DNA of 22,174 nt from a virus. The notes under the pieces were generated by a model. It ran no database searches. It had not been told where the DNA came from and was given only the letters and a program-made list of their open reading frames with translations. Of the stretch, positions 1 to 8,701 are shown piece by piece. Each line of letters begins with the position of its first letter. The first letter of the stretch is position 1. The stretch spans positions 115,161-137,334 of IMG/VR virus record IMGVR_UViG_3300049218_000313; one strand, given 5' to 3'. A program made the position numbers and the translations under genes.

Positions 1-814
1 CAGTCAGCAGCCGCTGGGCGCTGCCCACGACCGCGGCGCCCTCGATGAGGGTGCCATTGAACTGGTTGTAGACCAGGACTTCCTGGTTCACGGCGGGGGC
101 GCCCGTCACATCGACCAGACGCACGTAGCCGCGGCAGAGCGCTGTGGGGCTGAGGCCGGCGACCACTGCGCCTTGGAAGGGGTCGGAGTACTGGCTCACC
201 GTGCGGGTGAAGCTGTTGAAGAAGCGCGCGCGGTAGTAGTACTCCGGCGAGCCATTGGCATCGACGAAGCCATACTGTTCCTGCCCGAGGATCAGCACGA
301 TGCGCGCGTCCAGTCCGAAGGCTACGGAATTGGGTTCCTGGGTCGCCAGACCGAGAAGCGGCGCCGCGTCCCCGCCCGTGCAGCGGAGAACGACCTTGGC
401 ACCGACTTCCACGGTCTGGACGACGAGGATGTCACTGTTGACGTACGCGGTGAGCAGGCCGTTGCTCTGCTCCTGGATCTGCGTGGCCGCTTCACCGAAG
501 GTGAACGGGTTGTTGCCCGTGAAGGTCGTAGTGACCGGCGTCTGCTCGTTGATGAGCAACGTGAGGTCCGTGCCCTGAAGCGCCACCGGTGGACCATCCT
601 GCGAGGAAGCGGGTGGCGCGGGTGCGCCCGGCGGCAGGACTGCAGGGGACCAGGAGTCCCCGTGCAGCGGTTCGTACGGCCCCTCGGGCGTGCCACGGGA
701 GCGCCAGACCTCGATGCGGTCGAAGAGCCCCTGCCAGGAGCGCCCGCTCACGAAGAAGTCGAGCTGGAAGCGCTCGCGAGTGGCCACCGTGGGGGCCGTA
801 CGAAGGATGATCAT
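1..814 (-). CDS. Hypothetical, probably virion structural protein; runs off the left edge (MIILRTAPTVATRERFQLDFFVSG...)
   Basis: Manual translation: ATG at 814, 2 nt after the stop of the upstream gene, open to position 1 with strong GC3 bias. Beta-rich composition with a RIEVWRS...YYYRARFFNS pattern. Absent from the ORF track because it has no stop in the window. Confidence 0.8.
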   Translation of the reverse strand, partial: MIILRTAPTVATRERFQLDFFVSGRSWQGLFDRIEVWRSRGTPEGPYEPLHGDSWSPAVLPPGAPAPPASSQDGPPVALQGTDLTLLINEQTPVTTTFTGNNPFTFGEAATQIQEQSNGLLTAYVNSDILVVQTVEVGAKVVLRCTGGDAAPLLGLATQEPNSVAFGLDARIVLILGQEQYGFVDANGSPEYYYRARFFNSFTRTVSQYSDPFQGAVVAGLSPTALCRGYVRLVDVTGAPAVNQEVLVYNQFNGTLIEGAAVVGSAQRLLT

Positions 815-816
815 CG

Positions 817-1146
817 TCAGTTCTCGGGTTCTGCGAAGACCTGCGCAGGAGCTGGCGGGGCTACCGCAGTGGCGGGCACCTGCTGGGCGGGGCGGTTGAT
901 GGTGCCGTCCGCCTTGACGCTCGTGCGGTTGATGTCGACCCCGTACTTCGCGGACAGGGCCTGGCGCTCCTTCTCCATGTCCGCCTGCAGCGCCTTCATC
1001 TGCTCGACGATCACAGCCTTCTGGATGTCGAGCCCCTTCACCTGCAGCTCGAGGTTGACGAGCTTGAGGTAGATGACCTCGATGCGGAGGCGCTCTGCCT
1101 CCTCGAGCTGTGCGCCGAGCGCGGTGGCCTTCTCTTGTTCTGTCAT
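817..1146 (-). CDS. Hypothetical coiled-coil protein
   Basis: GGAG SD precedes ATG 1146 (MTEQEKA...); heptad-like helical sequence; tightly packed with neighbours. Confidence 0.8.
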   Translation of the reverse strand: MTEQEKATALGAQLEEAERLRIEVIYLKLVNLELQVKGLDIQKAVIVEQMKALQADMEKERQALSAKYGVDINRTSVKADGTINRPAQQVPATAVAPPAPAQVFAEPEN

Positions 1147-1157
1147 GAGCACTCCGT

Positions 1158-1373
1158 TCATCCTGTCAGGAAGTCGTTGATAGAGGAAACCACGAGGTCG
1201 GAAGCGGCGTCGACGCCCGTCTGAGCGAGGCGGTTCGAGCCGCTCCGGCCTTGCAGGATTGCCTGCAGTGTGGCGACCTGGTTGTTGAGCGTGTTCGTGC
1301 GACTGGTGGCCCAGGCCTTGGTGGCCGCGACCAGTGCGTTCAGTCGGGCGTTGCGAGCCGTAGTGTCCGCCAT
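1158..1373 (-). CDS. Hypothetical small helical protein (MADTTARNARLNALV...)
   Basis: C-terminal 71 aa of the track ORF; ATG 1373 lies 7 nt after TACAAT, suggesting a leaderless start. Confidence 0.75.
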   Translation of the reverse strand: MADTTARNARLNALVAATKAWATSRTNTLNNQVATLQAILQGRSGSNRLAQTGVDAASDLVVSSINDFLTG

Positions 1374-1380
1374 GTGGCGG

Positions 1381-1386
1381 ATTGTA
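1381..1386 (-). promoter_or_regulatory. -10-like TACAAT, leaderless-type promoter
   Basis: AGGTACAAT-N7-ATG; same architecture at 4363, 11282 and 12441. Confidence 0.55.
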
Positions 1387-1395
1387 CCTGCACTT

Positions 1396-2538
1396 CTAGG
1401 TGGCGACCAGAGCCGCCGCAAGTAGCTTGCCGGCCTCACGCTGCAGCTCGAGCCGACGGTCCGTATCGTCGGCCTTGGAGGCGAGCGCCGACAGCGCGCT
1501 CGAAGCCCAGTACCGATTGGGGGTGGGAGCGCCGTCCGGGGCGTAGGAGATGGGGGGCAGGTCGATGATGCTTTCCCCCTTCTTGTCGAGCACCTGCTGC
1601 AGCCAGTCCAGGTCCCCCTTACCGACCACATCCCGCAAGCGGGAGCGCAGCTGGGCCCAGGGGATGGCCTCCTCGTGCGCAGCGCGAATGGCCGTGAGAA
1701 GCCGGCCCACGGTCTTCTCGGCGAGGTACTCCTTCACGTGGTCGCGCACAGCCCCCTGCTGGGCCTCGACCTCCTTGCGCGCCGTGGCATCGGACATCTC
1801 GATGTCGGACTCTTCGATGACGGAGCCGATGTGGGCACGGCTCAAGCCCTCATCGAGGACCGCGGCCGTGCCGGTAGTCACGCGCCACACCGTCTGCAGT
1901 ACCTTCAGCTTGCCCGAGCCGAAGTCGCTGTTGCTCCACTCCACCCCAGTGCAGATGTACTCCCCGGGGAAGGCTTCGAAGACCGTCGGCAGCAGGCACT
2001 TCAGGGCGTTGCGCACCGGGGAGCTCGAGGCCTCGACGGGCCTAGCCCCCTCGATGACGCACTGGTCGATGAACGCCCTGAGCAGAGGAGCGCTCGCCAG
2101 ATGGCGGTTGAAACGGCGGGAGAGAAACCCCCGCAGCTCGTTGCCCACGATGCGGTGGAGGAAGCGGGTGGGTTCACCGCCGCGCTCCACCCAGTCCGGG
2201 GACGAGAAGAGGGACTCGAGGTTGTAGGCCAGGAGGTCCTTCTTCCAGCTGTCCTTTCCGGCAAGCAGCAGGTCCACGTAGGACATGGGCAGCTTCACCT
2301 TGGAGCAGAGCTGGTTGAGCGCGTGCCGGTGGATAGAACAAACCAGCTCACCGGCGTAGCGAATCTTCACCCCCGTGCTGTCGACGGGGAAGTCCATCGA
2401 CTTGGGGGGCACCAGCTTGTCGACGATTACGGTCTTGGCCACGGTGTCGAGCAGCATCTGCTCCTGCTGCGCGCCGAGCGAGAACCGCCGCTCCATGCGA
2501 TCGACAGCCTCGTTGTAGCGTTCCTTCGCGTCCTTCAT
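1396..2538 (-). CDS. DUF932-like phage protein
   Basis: GGAGG SD before ATG 2538. Motifs HRHALNQLC, RGFLSRRF, GVEWSNSDFGSG and SRAHIGS resemble the DUF932 family (recognised by eye). Confidence 0.65.
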   Translation of the reverse strand: MKDAKERYNEAVDRMERRFSLGAQQEQMLLDTVAKTVIVDKLVPPKSMDFPVDSTGVKIRYAGELVCSIHRHALNQLCSKVKLPMSYVDLLLAGKDSWKKDLLAYNLESLFSSPDWVERGGEPTRFLHRIVGNELRGFLSRRFNRHLASAPLLRAFIDQCVIEGARPVEASSSPVRNALKCLLPTVFEAFPGEYICTGVEWSNSDFGSGKLKVLQTVWRVTTGTAAVLDEGLSRAHIGSVIEESDIEMSDATARKEVEAQQGAVRDHVKEYLAEKTVGRLLTAIRAAHEEAIPWAQLRSRLRDVVGKGDLDWLQQVLDKKGESIIDLPPISYAPDGAPTPNRYWASSALSALASKADDTDRRLELQREAGKLLAAALVAT

Positions 2539-2554
2539 CCGTTGTTCCTCCCTA

Positions 2555-2974
2555 CTAGGGGTGCAGCTGTTTCGACTGGAACCGACCGGCGCCGTTGGGC
2601 CTACTGTTGAGCGCAGTAGCCTTGCATGCGGCATCGACCTGACTCATGGGCTTGAACGGATGCCAGCGACCCTTCCAGGTGTCGAAGACACCGTACTGCT
2701 TTTCCTGTTCCGGCATCGGTAGCGTGCGCCTGTAGCGCTTCGCGATATCGCCGCCGTCGCAGATGGACAGGACAAGCAACTGCTTGAAGGCACAGGCGTC
2801 TTCCTCGTGGGCGAAGAACGCGATGTAGCCGTCGTTGCCGTCGGAGACGGCCCACCAGCCCTCGGGCCAGACCGCCTGTGTGTCAGGCTCCGCCCCGTCG
2901 CGGTCCATCGGGCTGTCGATGGCGATCTCGTCAACGACCTCGGAGTAGTCCTTAGTCCTTGTCTTCTTCGGCAT
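2555..2974 (-). CDS. Hypothetical protein (MPKKTRTKDYSEVVDE...)
   Basis: ATG 2974 overlaps the end of the sigma gene; protein-like composition; fills the gap between genes. Confidence 0.7.
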   Translation of the reverse strand: MPKKTRTKDYSEVVDEIAIDSPMDRDGAEPDTQAVWPEGWWAVSDGNDGYIAFFAHEEDACAFKQLLVLSICDGGDIAKRYRRTLPMPEQEKQYGVFDTWKGRWHPFKPMSQVDAACKATALNSRPNGAGRFQSKQLHP

Positions 2975-3761
2975 TGAGGCCCATGTGCTTCTTGAGGGTG
3001 TCGCCCACGATGGTCTTCCACCGGGCGGAGTTCTGCTCGGTCGTACCCAGCTTCTTCGCAAGCTCACCGTTGTGGGTGATCTTCGGGTAACCGTTGGTGC
3101 CGAACACGTAGTTGAAGGTCGCGTGCAGGTGCGGCTTGTTCGGGAAGATCTCGGGCAGGATGTTCTGTGCCACCGCGATCTGCTGCTCCTCGAACTGCCG
3201 CCCAGTATGCTCGCCGCCGGAATAGTCGTAGTTCTCTCCGCCGGAGCGGCTCATGGGAACGTCGCGCTTGACCGCCTTGAGGACAGTGCTGATGCGCTTG
3301 GGGGTCTCGCCGAGGTGCTCGGACAGCTCGTTGACGGTGGGCTCTCTGCCGAGTTGTTCTCCGAGCTCCGACTGCGCGCGCTGCAGGGCGCCGATGAGCC
3401 CACTCTGTCCCTCGGGGATGTAGGCCACGTTCTGGTAGCGGTTGTTGTACCGCATGGCCTTCCGCAGGCGGTTCTCCACGTGGGTGTTGATGGCAGCCCC
3501 GCGATTCGGGTCATACACCTCGAGGGCATTGATGAGGTGCTTCTGCAGCTCCGCCTTGAACGCGCTCTCGGGCACGGTCTTGGCGCGGAACTGGCGCGCC
3601 TTCTGCGCTAGCACAGGCTCGTAGAGCTTGAGCAGCGGCTTGAGGTGTTCGGGCTTCTTGCCGTTGTCCATCCAGCGCTGCCAGAGATCGAGCTCGTTCT
3701 TCTTGCGCTTGGCCTTCTCGGCTTCCTTGGACTGCTTGTAGTCCTCGAGCGGGTCGGACAT
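2952..3761 (-). CDS. Phage-encoded sigma70-family RNA polymerase sigma factor (FliA/SigF-like architecture)
   Basis: Region 2-like ALEVYDPNRGAAINTHV, region 3 LGREPTVNELSEHLG, region 4 HTH-like NGELAKKLGTTEQNSARWK; 269 aa. Confidence 0.85.
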   Translation of the reverse strand: MSDPLEDYKQSKEAEKAKRKKNELDLWQRWMDNGKKPEHLKPLLKLYEPVLAQKARQFRAKTVPESAFKAELQKHLINALEVYDPNRGAAINTHVENRLRKAMRYNNRYQNVAYIPEGQSGLIGALQRAQSELGEQLGREPTVNELSEHLGETPKRISTVLKAVKRDVPMSRSGGENYDYSGGEHTGRQFEEQQIAVAQNILPEIFPNKPHLHATFNYVFGTNGYPKITHNGELAKKLGTTEQNSARWKTIVGDTLKKHMGLNAEEDKD

Positions 3762-3770
3762 AGATCACTC

Positions 3771-3959
3771 TCACGTATGGGGGTAGTAGCTGATGGTCTC
3801 GAACGCAGCCCACGCAACGACACGGCTGTAAGCCATGCGTCTCTCGGTGTCCTCGATGAGCTCACGTGCGTCGGCCCCCCGTGCGTAGCGACAGAAGGCC
3901 TCGATGCGCGGGTCTGCAGGCGCAGCGACGAGAAGCCGACTACCGGTGCCCGACCACAC
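3771..3959 (-). CDS. Hypothetical small protein
   Basis: GTG start with AGGTG SD; fills the gap between the 3940 gene and the sigma gene. Confidence 0.5.
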   Translation of the reverse strand: MWSGTGSRLLVAAPADPRIEAFCRYARGADARELIEDTERRMAYSRVVAWAAFETISYYPHT

Positions 3960-4356
3960 GCATCACCTGGTCAGTGAGCGTAGGCTCGTCGACGCTCGCC
4001 GTCTTGTTCCGCTGCAGCAGGGGGGAGTGAGGGTTGCCCTCGCCAGCGTGCTCGAAAACCCGGCGCAGCAGGGCCTGCTCCGCCGGCGCCGTGGTCTTGC
4101 CTGCGTCGAGGATGCGGTCGAGCAGGTCGCCGCGGCCGTCCTGGGCCTCGCGGTGCACCGCCTCGCTGTAGACGTCAGGGTACCCGTCTTTGCCCTCGCG
4201 CGGCGTGTCCCCCCACTTCGCGTTGAGGGTGCCCGGGGCACGTCCCTCGGGGGGCATGCGCACGTGGGTGATGCCCTTCTGGGTCTCGTTTTCGTTGGTC
4301 TTGGGGGCGTCCGCAGCCTTGCCCAACATCGCCTGCTTCAGTGTGTCGACGCTCAT
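3940..4356 (-). CDS. Hypothetical protein with K-x-A motifs
   Basis: ATG 6 nt after TACAAT; contains LKQAMLGKAA and NKTAS. Confidence 0.8.
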   Translation of the reverse strand: MSVDTLKQAMLGKAADAPKTNENETQKGITHVRMPPEGRAPGTLNAKWGDTPREGKDGYPDVYSEAVHREAQDGRGDLLDRILDAGKTTAPAEQALLRRVFEHAGEGNPHSPLLQRNKTASVDEPTLTDQVMRVVGHR

Positions 4357-4362
4357 GCCGGC

Positions 4363-4368
4363 ATTGTA
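4363..4368 (-). promoter_or_regulatory. -10-like TACAAT, leaderless-type promoter
   Basis: GAGTACAAT-N6-ATG in an intergenic gap. Confidence 0.55.
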
Positions 4369-4398
4369 CTCCTCAACGCGCCCTCACGGTAAATGCGC

Positions 4399-4767
4399 TC
4401 ATCCTCCGCGCAGCGCACGGCCGAATGCGCCGAGCGGTGCCCTGAACTGTTCGAGCTCGGACTCGACCTGCTTGCGCCTGTCCTGCTCCTGCGCCACCTG
4501 CCGCTCGAGGATGATGTTCCTCTCCTTGGCTGCCTTGAGCTCCGCACGCATGACGTCGATGACCTCGACGTGGAAGTCGGGCACCGTGTGGATGCGGAAT
4601 CCCTCCTTGAACTTCTTCTCGACCTCCTGCCAGAGCTCATCGTCGTTGACTGCGCAGTCGAGACTGAGCTTCACGCGGTACTTTTCGTCGCCCTGCGACG
4701 CACCCAACGAAGAGTTCACCAGCCAGAACGTCACACCCGGTACTTGTTCTTCGTGCTCATCAGACAC
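4399..4767 (-). CDS. Hypothetical protein with C-terminal coiled coil
   Basis: GTG start with GGAGG SD, overlapping the upstream stop. Confidence 0.8.
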   Translation of the reverse strand: MSDEHEEQVPGVTFWLVNSSLGASQGDEKYRVKLSLDCAVNDDELWQEVEKKFKEGFRIHTVPDFHVEVIDVMRAELKAAKERNIILERQVAQEQDRRKQVESELEQFRAPLGAFGRALRGG

Positions 4768-5356
4768 CGGTCACCTCCACGAGTTGTTCTGCCGCCTGAA
4801 CCATCTCGTCACCCGTCTTCTTCTGATCTACGAGCACCTCTACGAACAGGTGGCCTACTTCTGCCGCTGCGTCCGGGGTGTTCTTTTCGCAGAAGACCCT
4901 GGCCTCAGCGAGCAGATTGCGAAGGCTCTTGAGCGCGCTACGCCGCCTGTGTAGTGACTCCTGCCAGAACTTACCAAGCCCAAGAGTGTCAGGATCCTGG
5001 ACCATCCTATGCTCGGCGATGTCGACGTTGACCGCCTCCTCGATGGCGAAGATGGCGCTGCTCATCGCTTGTAGCTGGCGCGAGTCGACGTTGCGTCGGT
5101 CAAGGATGCGACCGGCGCTGTTGGGCAGCTCGATCGATCCCAGCACATCGTCACACGTGAAGTAGCAGCACCACGACACACGCCGCAGCGTTGTCGCCGC
5201 CGACTGGTCACCAGCCGCACTCTTCTCTGCAGCTGCATGAACACGCTCGCGCAGATCTTGAGCTAGGTTACTTGAGTAGCGAAGACGCAGCTTTGCCTCA
5301 AGCGCCGCGACGCAGCCGAATGCGACCGGGTCGTGGCGCTGCGAAGGTGCCTTCAT
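4760..5356 (-). CDS. Hypothetical protein
   Basis: AGGAG SD before ATG 5356; preceded by the CAA-N16-GGGAAAAG motif. Confidence 0.75.
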   Translation of the reverse strand: MKAPSQRHDPVAFGCVAALEAKLRLRYSSNLAQDLRERVHAAAEKSAAGDQSAATTLRRVSWCCYFTCDDVLGSIELPNSAGRILDRRNVDSRQLQAMSSAIFAIEEAVNVDIAEHRMVQDPDTLGLGKFWQESLHRRRSALKSLRNLLAEARVFCEKNTPDAAAEVGHLFVEVLVDQKKTGDEMVQAAEQLVEVTGV

Positions 5357-5391
5357 GGGAATCTCCTAGAGGAAGAACTCCTCCCAAGGTT

Positions 5392-5418
5392 CTTTTCCCT
5401 CTTTCATGCCGTTCTTTG
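5392..5418 (-). promoter_or_regulatory. Putative phage promoter CAA-N16-GGGAAAAG
   Basis: One of four similar copies (others at 11295, 21159 and 21626). Confidence 0.45.
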
Positions 5419-5443
5419 GCGCGCTTGGTGTATAGCTCCGAGG

Positions 5444-5608
5444 ATGATCAACATCCTTCTCGCCCTGCTCATCTGCATCATCGGCGCGTTTCTCTACCTG
5501 GCCGCGTCGAACCCGAAGGTAGCCCAGCTCGGTCTCTGGGCCTTCGCCGTGGGCCTCTTCTGGACGCTAGCCGAGGTGCCACACCACGTGACGCACCTGT
5601 TCGACTAG
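5444..5608 (+). CDS. Small two-TM membrane protein (54 aa)
   Basis: MINILLALLICIIGAFLYLAASNPKVAQLGLWAFAVGLFWTLAEV...: two hydrophobic helices joined by a short loop; GAGG before the ATG. Confidence 0.75.
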   Translation: MINILLALLICIIGAFLYLAASNPKVAQLGLWAFAVGLFWTLAEVPHHVTHLFD

Positions 5609-7062
5609 AGCTTCAGGTCGGGCTGCACGTAGCCGCCGATGCCACTCTTCTGAGCGCCGGGGATCGCGGAGCCGAAGCGAGCCCCCCTCGGCTTCACCTG
5701 GTCAGCGATGGAAGGGCCCGGCGGCGGTGCCACCTTGGGCGCCCCGACGCTCTGCGTCTTGGACAGCTGGCCCGCGGGAGTGATGCCTGCCATGCCCTGC
5801 TTCTGGATGCCGCGGTCGAGGCGGGGGGAACGAAAGGGCGGGATGTCGCTGACCCCGTTGCGCGGGCCGGCCCCACCGAAGGTGCCCCCGTTCCATGACG
5901 ACGCGGGTGAGACATCGGCCTGCTTACGCAGGTCCCGCACGTAGAAGGCCAGCTGCTCGGTAGTGATGGAGGACAGCTTGGCGGGCTTGAAGTCGTTGCT
6001 GTCGGTGGTCACACCGTCGGGCATCCCGGCCGCGGACTTGCCGCTGTTCTCTAGCGGTATGGACGCCCCAGAGGGGTTCTTGCTCACGGGCATGCTGGTC
6101 TCGCCGCTGTTCTTCTGGATGCCGCGCTCGAGCTGAGGCTGACGCCAGCCCGGCAGGTCGCTGGCCATCATGAAGTTACCGCGTGTGGGCGCACTGGCCG
6201 CGGCCTTGGCCATCTCGCGCTCCTTCTTCTTCTTGCGGTCCATGTGGGAAGTCAGCTTGTCGATGCCCGCGCCCGCGCCCACGATGGCCAACGGTATACC
6301 GGCGCCGACGGCGGCCACGCGCACAGGCCGTGGCAGCTTCTTCAGCCGGCCCACCTGCGCCTTCACGAAGTCATGCGTGCGACTGGTCTTCTTCTTGTCG
6401 CGCAAGAACTTGATGCGGTCGGCGTTCTCGCGCATCTCCTTGCTGACGTTCTCGCCCTGACCAGCACGACGGTCGAAGCTCGCGTGCTGCACAGCGCGGC
6501 GTTTGAGCTCCGCGTGCTCTTCGCGGCTGAGCGCAGCCACCTTGTCGAGCAGGTCGAGCAACATCGCGTCCATGCCTGCCTTCACGAGATCTCCGCCGCT
6601 GGGTCCGACCATGGGGGTCACCGCTCCACTGTTCTTCTGAATGCCTCGCCGCAGCTGCGGCATGCGAAACGGGGGCAGGTCACTCGCTCCGCTGCGGATG
6701 TCCGGGTTCATGGGGCCCGAGAACTCGTTGATGGCGAAGCCGAGCTTCGGCAGCGGTGAGAGGTAGTCTAGCCCCTTCTCGAGACCTCGTTTGGCCGCCA
6801 TGGCCACGAGGCTGGCACCGGGGAGTAGAACGGGCACAGCAAGGGCGGCCTCGGGATGGTCGAGCAGAAACCCCGCGGGCTTGCGCAGCACGCCTGGCAG
6901 GGCCGGCAGCTTGTCCTTGAGCGGGGCCAGGAGGTTGTTGCCCTTGTGCTGGATGCCCGCGAGCTGCGCCGGCGACGCCTTCGGCAGAACCCAGCGAGGC
7001 GTGCCAGGGATGTCCTGCCGTGCGATGCGCGCGATCTGTCCGAGCAGAGCGACCTTGTCCAT
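5605..7062 (-). CDS. Modular hypothetical protein with three SD(L/I)P-x-(F/W)R-x-P-x-L-x-RGIQK repeats; probable virion-internal protein
   Basis: TGATG coupling to the upstream gene; internal repeats, Gly-rich hydrophobic segments and K-x-A/G motifs. Confidence 0.8.
   Translation of the reverse strand: MDKVALLGQIARIARQDIPGTPRWVLPKASPAQLAGIQHKGNNLLAPLKDKLPALPGVLRKPAGFLLDHPEAALAVPVLLPGASLVAMAAKRGLEKGLDYLSPLPKLGFAINEFSGPMNPDIRSGASDLPPFRMPQLRRGIQKNSGAVTPMVGPSGGDLVKAGMDAMLLDLLDKVAALSREEHAELKRRAVQHASFDRRAGQGENVSKEMRENADRIKFLRDKKKTSRTHDFVKAQVGRLKKLPRPVRVAAVGAGIPLAIVGAGAGIDKLTSHMDRKKKKEREMAKAAASAPTRGNFMMASDLPGWRQPQLERGIQKNSGETSMPVSKNPSGASIPLENSGKSAAGMPDGVTTDSNDFKPAKLSSITTEQLAFYVRDLRKQADVSPASSWNGGTFGGAGPRNGVSDIPPFRSPRLDRGIQKQGMAGITPAGQLSKTQSVGAPKVAPPPGPSIADQVKPRGARFGSAIPGAQKSGIGGYVQPDLKL
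5794..6687 (-). repeat. Three dispersed ~20-aa coding repeats (5794-5853, 6103-6165, 6625-6687)
   Basis: VSDIPPFRSPRLDRGIQKQG / ASDLPGWRQPQLERGIQKNSG / ASDLPPFRMPQLRRGIQKNSG. Confidence 0.9.
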
Positions 7063-7697
7063 CACCAGTTCTTTCCGCTGCGGTCCTTGGGAGGCGCGTC
7101 TTTCTTCTCAGCAGGAGCGGTCGGCTTGCTCCAACTCCCTTCGACCTTGTCCTCGAGCACCGAGAGCTGACGACGCATGCGCGGGAGCTTGGCCGCGTCG
7201 CGCTCGGCCAGCTCTGCGCGCTGGTTGTCGAGCTCATTGAGGGCGATGAGACGCTTGTGCTTGTCGAGGTAGCCAGTGCCGATGCCGCCCAGCGCCCCTG
7301 CCGCCATGTTCGCGGCAAAGTGGGGTATCTGCTTCTTCGAGTTCGGCCCGTACATCATCTGCATTGTAGGAAGCACGGGAACGCCCTTGGCAGCCATGTT
7401 CTGCATCGAGGTGAGCTGCGTCGGCTGCTTCTTGCCAGAGAGGTGCTTGCTCTGCTCCTTGCGGTAGTTGCCAAGCAGCGCCGCCGGTGCCACCACTTGG
7501 GCAGGCATGTGCAGCGCGTCCTGGGCGGCGATGGACGTGAGCGTCTTGCCCGAGCCCAAGCCATGGATGGCAACAAGACCGGGCTGATCGTCCTGCTGCA
7601 GACGGTCGACGACCCGCTGCTGGTGAGGCAGCAGGGGTGTCTTGATGTCGGCGATCTTCTCGAGCTCGTCGACGAAAGCCTGCAGTAAAGCGCTCAT
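7062..7697 (-). CDS. Truncated SF2 (SNF2/NPH-I-like) helicase N-terminus fused to an unrelated C-terminus; possible pseudogene or chimera
   Basis: Q motif LLPHQ, Walker A HGLGSGKT, motif Ia VVAPAALLGNY; no DExH motif or second RecA domain; ATGA overlap at the start. Confidence 0.75.
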   Translation of the reverse strand: MSALLQAFVDELEKIADIKTPLLPHQQRVVDRLQQDDQPGLVAIHGLGSGKTLTSIAAQDALHMPAQVVAPAALLGNYRKEQSKHLSGKKQPTQLTSMQNMAAKGVPVLPTMQMMYGPNSKKQIPHFAANMAAGALGGIGTGYLDKHKRLIALNELDNQRAELAERDAAKLPRMRRQLSVLEDKVEGSWSKPTAPAEKKDAPPKDRSGKNW

Positions 7698-8329
7698 GCG
7701 ATGCCTACCGCGTTCTTGCGGAGCATCGTAACACGTGCGGCCCGCCAATCCGCAGGCGCCTTCGCCGCAGATGCAACCGCCGGAGCTGCCTTGCCGAAGC
7801 GACTCGCAGCCTCGACCGCGGAGTGCGGGAAGAGCTCGGGGGTGCCGGGGATGGGCGTGGTGAGCGCCTTCTTCGCGCTCTGTGCGATGTCACCCAGTAC
7901 GCCGGCCTCCTTCATCTCCTCGAGCTCGCTGACGAAGCCGGCCATGCCGTACTTCCCGAGCGCGGGGGCGTGCGAGAGCATCCCAGGCACCATGAAGGAA
8001 CCGTCGCGCTTGAAGAGACCCGCGAGCCACTCGTCGTTCGTCTGAGCGTGCGCAGGGCGACCGTCGAGGCCGAAGTCGATGCGCATGCCCGCGGTCTTGT
8101 TCTCCATCTTCCTGCTCTTCAGGTGGCCTGGGTTGGAGGCTTTCACATCGTCCTTGGGGGTGTCGAACTTCGCCTTCGCAACGCGCTTGCCCTCGGCGGT
8201 GCCGTAGCCCTTGGGGCCCTTGCCCAGGGCGTGCATCTGCTGCGTAGCGATGGCGAACGCCTCGTTCTTGGGCATCGCCGGGTTCTTCGCGAGGATGTGC
8301 TCGGCCCGGTTGTGCATCCACTCAGGCAT
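7694..8329 (-). CDS. Hypothetical protein of the DELEK-motif group
   Basis: GGAG SD; contains NKTAG and AGFVSELEEMKEAG. Confidence 0.8.
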   Translation of the reverse strand: MPEWMHNRAEHILAKNPAMPKNEAFAIATQQMHALGKGPKGYGTAEGKRVAKAKFDTPKDDVKASNPGHLKSRKMENKTAGMRIDFGLDGRPAHAQTNDEWLAGLFKRDGSFMVPGMLSHAPALGKYGMAGFVSELEEMKEAGVLGDIAQSAKKALTTPIPGTPELFPHSAVEAASRFGKAAPAVASAAKAPADWRAARVTMLRKNAVGIA

Positions 8330-8341
8330 GACCTGCTCCCC

Positions 8342-8701
8342 CTACGGCGTCTTCGCCGCTGCCGCCTTGGCGTCTTCGAGGGCAGCCTCGAGGATGCGCA
8401 CGTCCTGCTCGAGCTTGTCGAGCCGTAGCGTGAGCTGGATGATGGCGCTCGTAGCCTTGCTCACGTCCGCGCCCTGCGCGGCGATCTGCAGGTGCAGACC
8501 GCGCACGTCATGCACGAGCAGGTCGACCAGGGTGGTCAGCCTGTTGAGCGGGTCCAGCACCCGCTTCTCGTGCTCCTGCAGCATGTTCTTGACCAGGGAA
8601 GCGAAGAAGCGGGCCTTGTCCACATCGTGGTCTGGCTCCGGCAGGAAGTCTTGCGGGGGCGGTGGCATGGTCGGAATCTCGACGGTCGGGTCATCCGGCA
8701 T
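8342..8701 (-). CDS. Hypothetical coiled-coil protein
   Basis: GAGGG SD before ATG 8701; long heptad pattern. Confidence 0.8.
   Translation of the reverse strand: MPDDPTVEIPTMPPPPQDFLPEPDHDVDKARFFASLVKNMLQEHEKRVLDPLNRLTTLVDLLVHDVRGLHLQIAAQGADVSKATSAIIQLTLRLDKLEQDVRILEAALEDAKAAAAKTP

Noticed and set aside
173-1072. 299-aa plus-strand ORF and many similar long overlapping ORFs (e.g. 1675-2610, 8211-9089, 9724-10716, 11238-12152)
   Set aside because: Antisense or off-frame shadows typical of high-GC DNA; Arg/Pro-rich, without SD, and overlapping better-supported genes or the tRNAs.
5373-5394. AAGAAC/GTTCTT hairpin enclosing GGAGG upstream of the 5356 gene
   Set aside because: Short AT-rich stem, and a separate SD lies nearer the ATG; not enough to call regulation.
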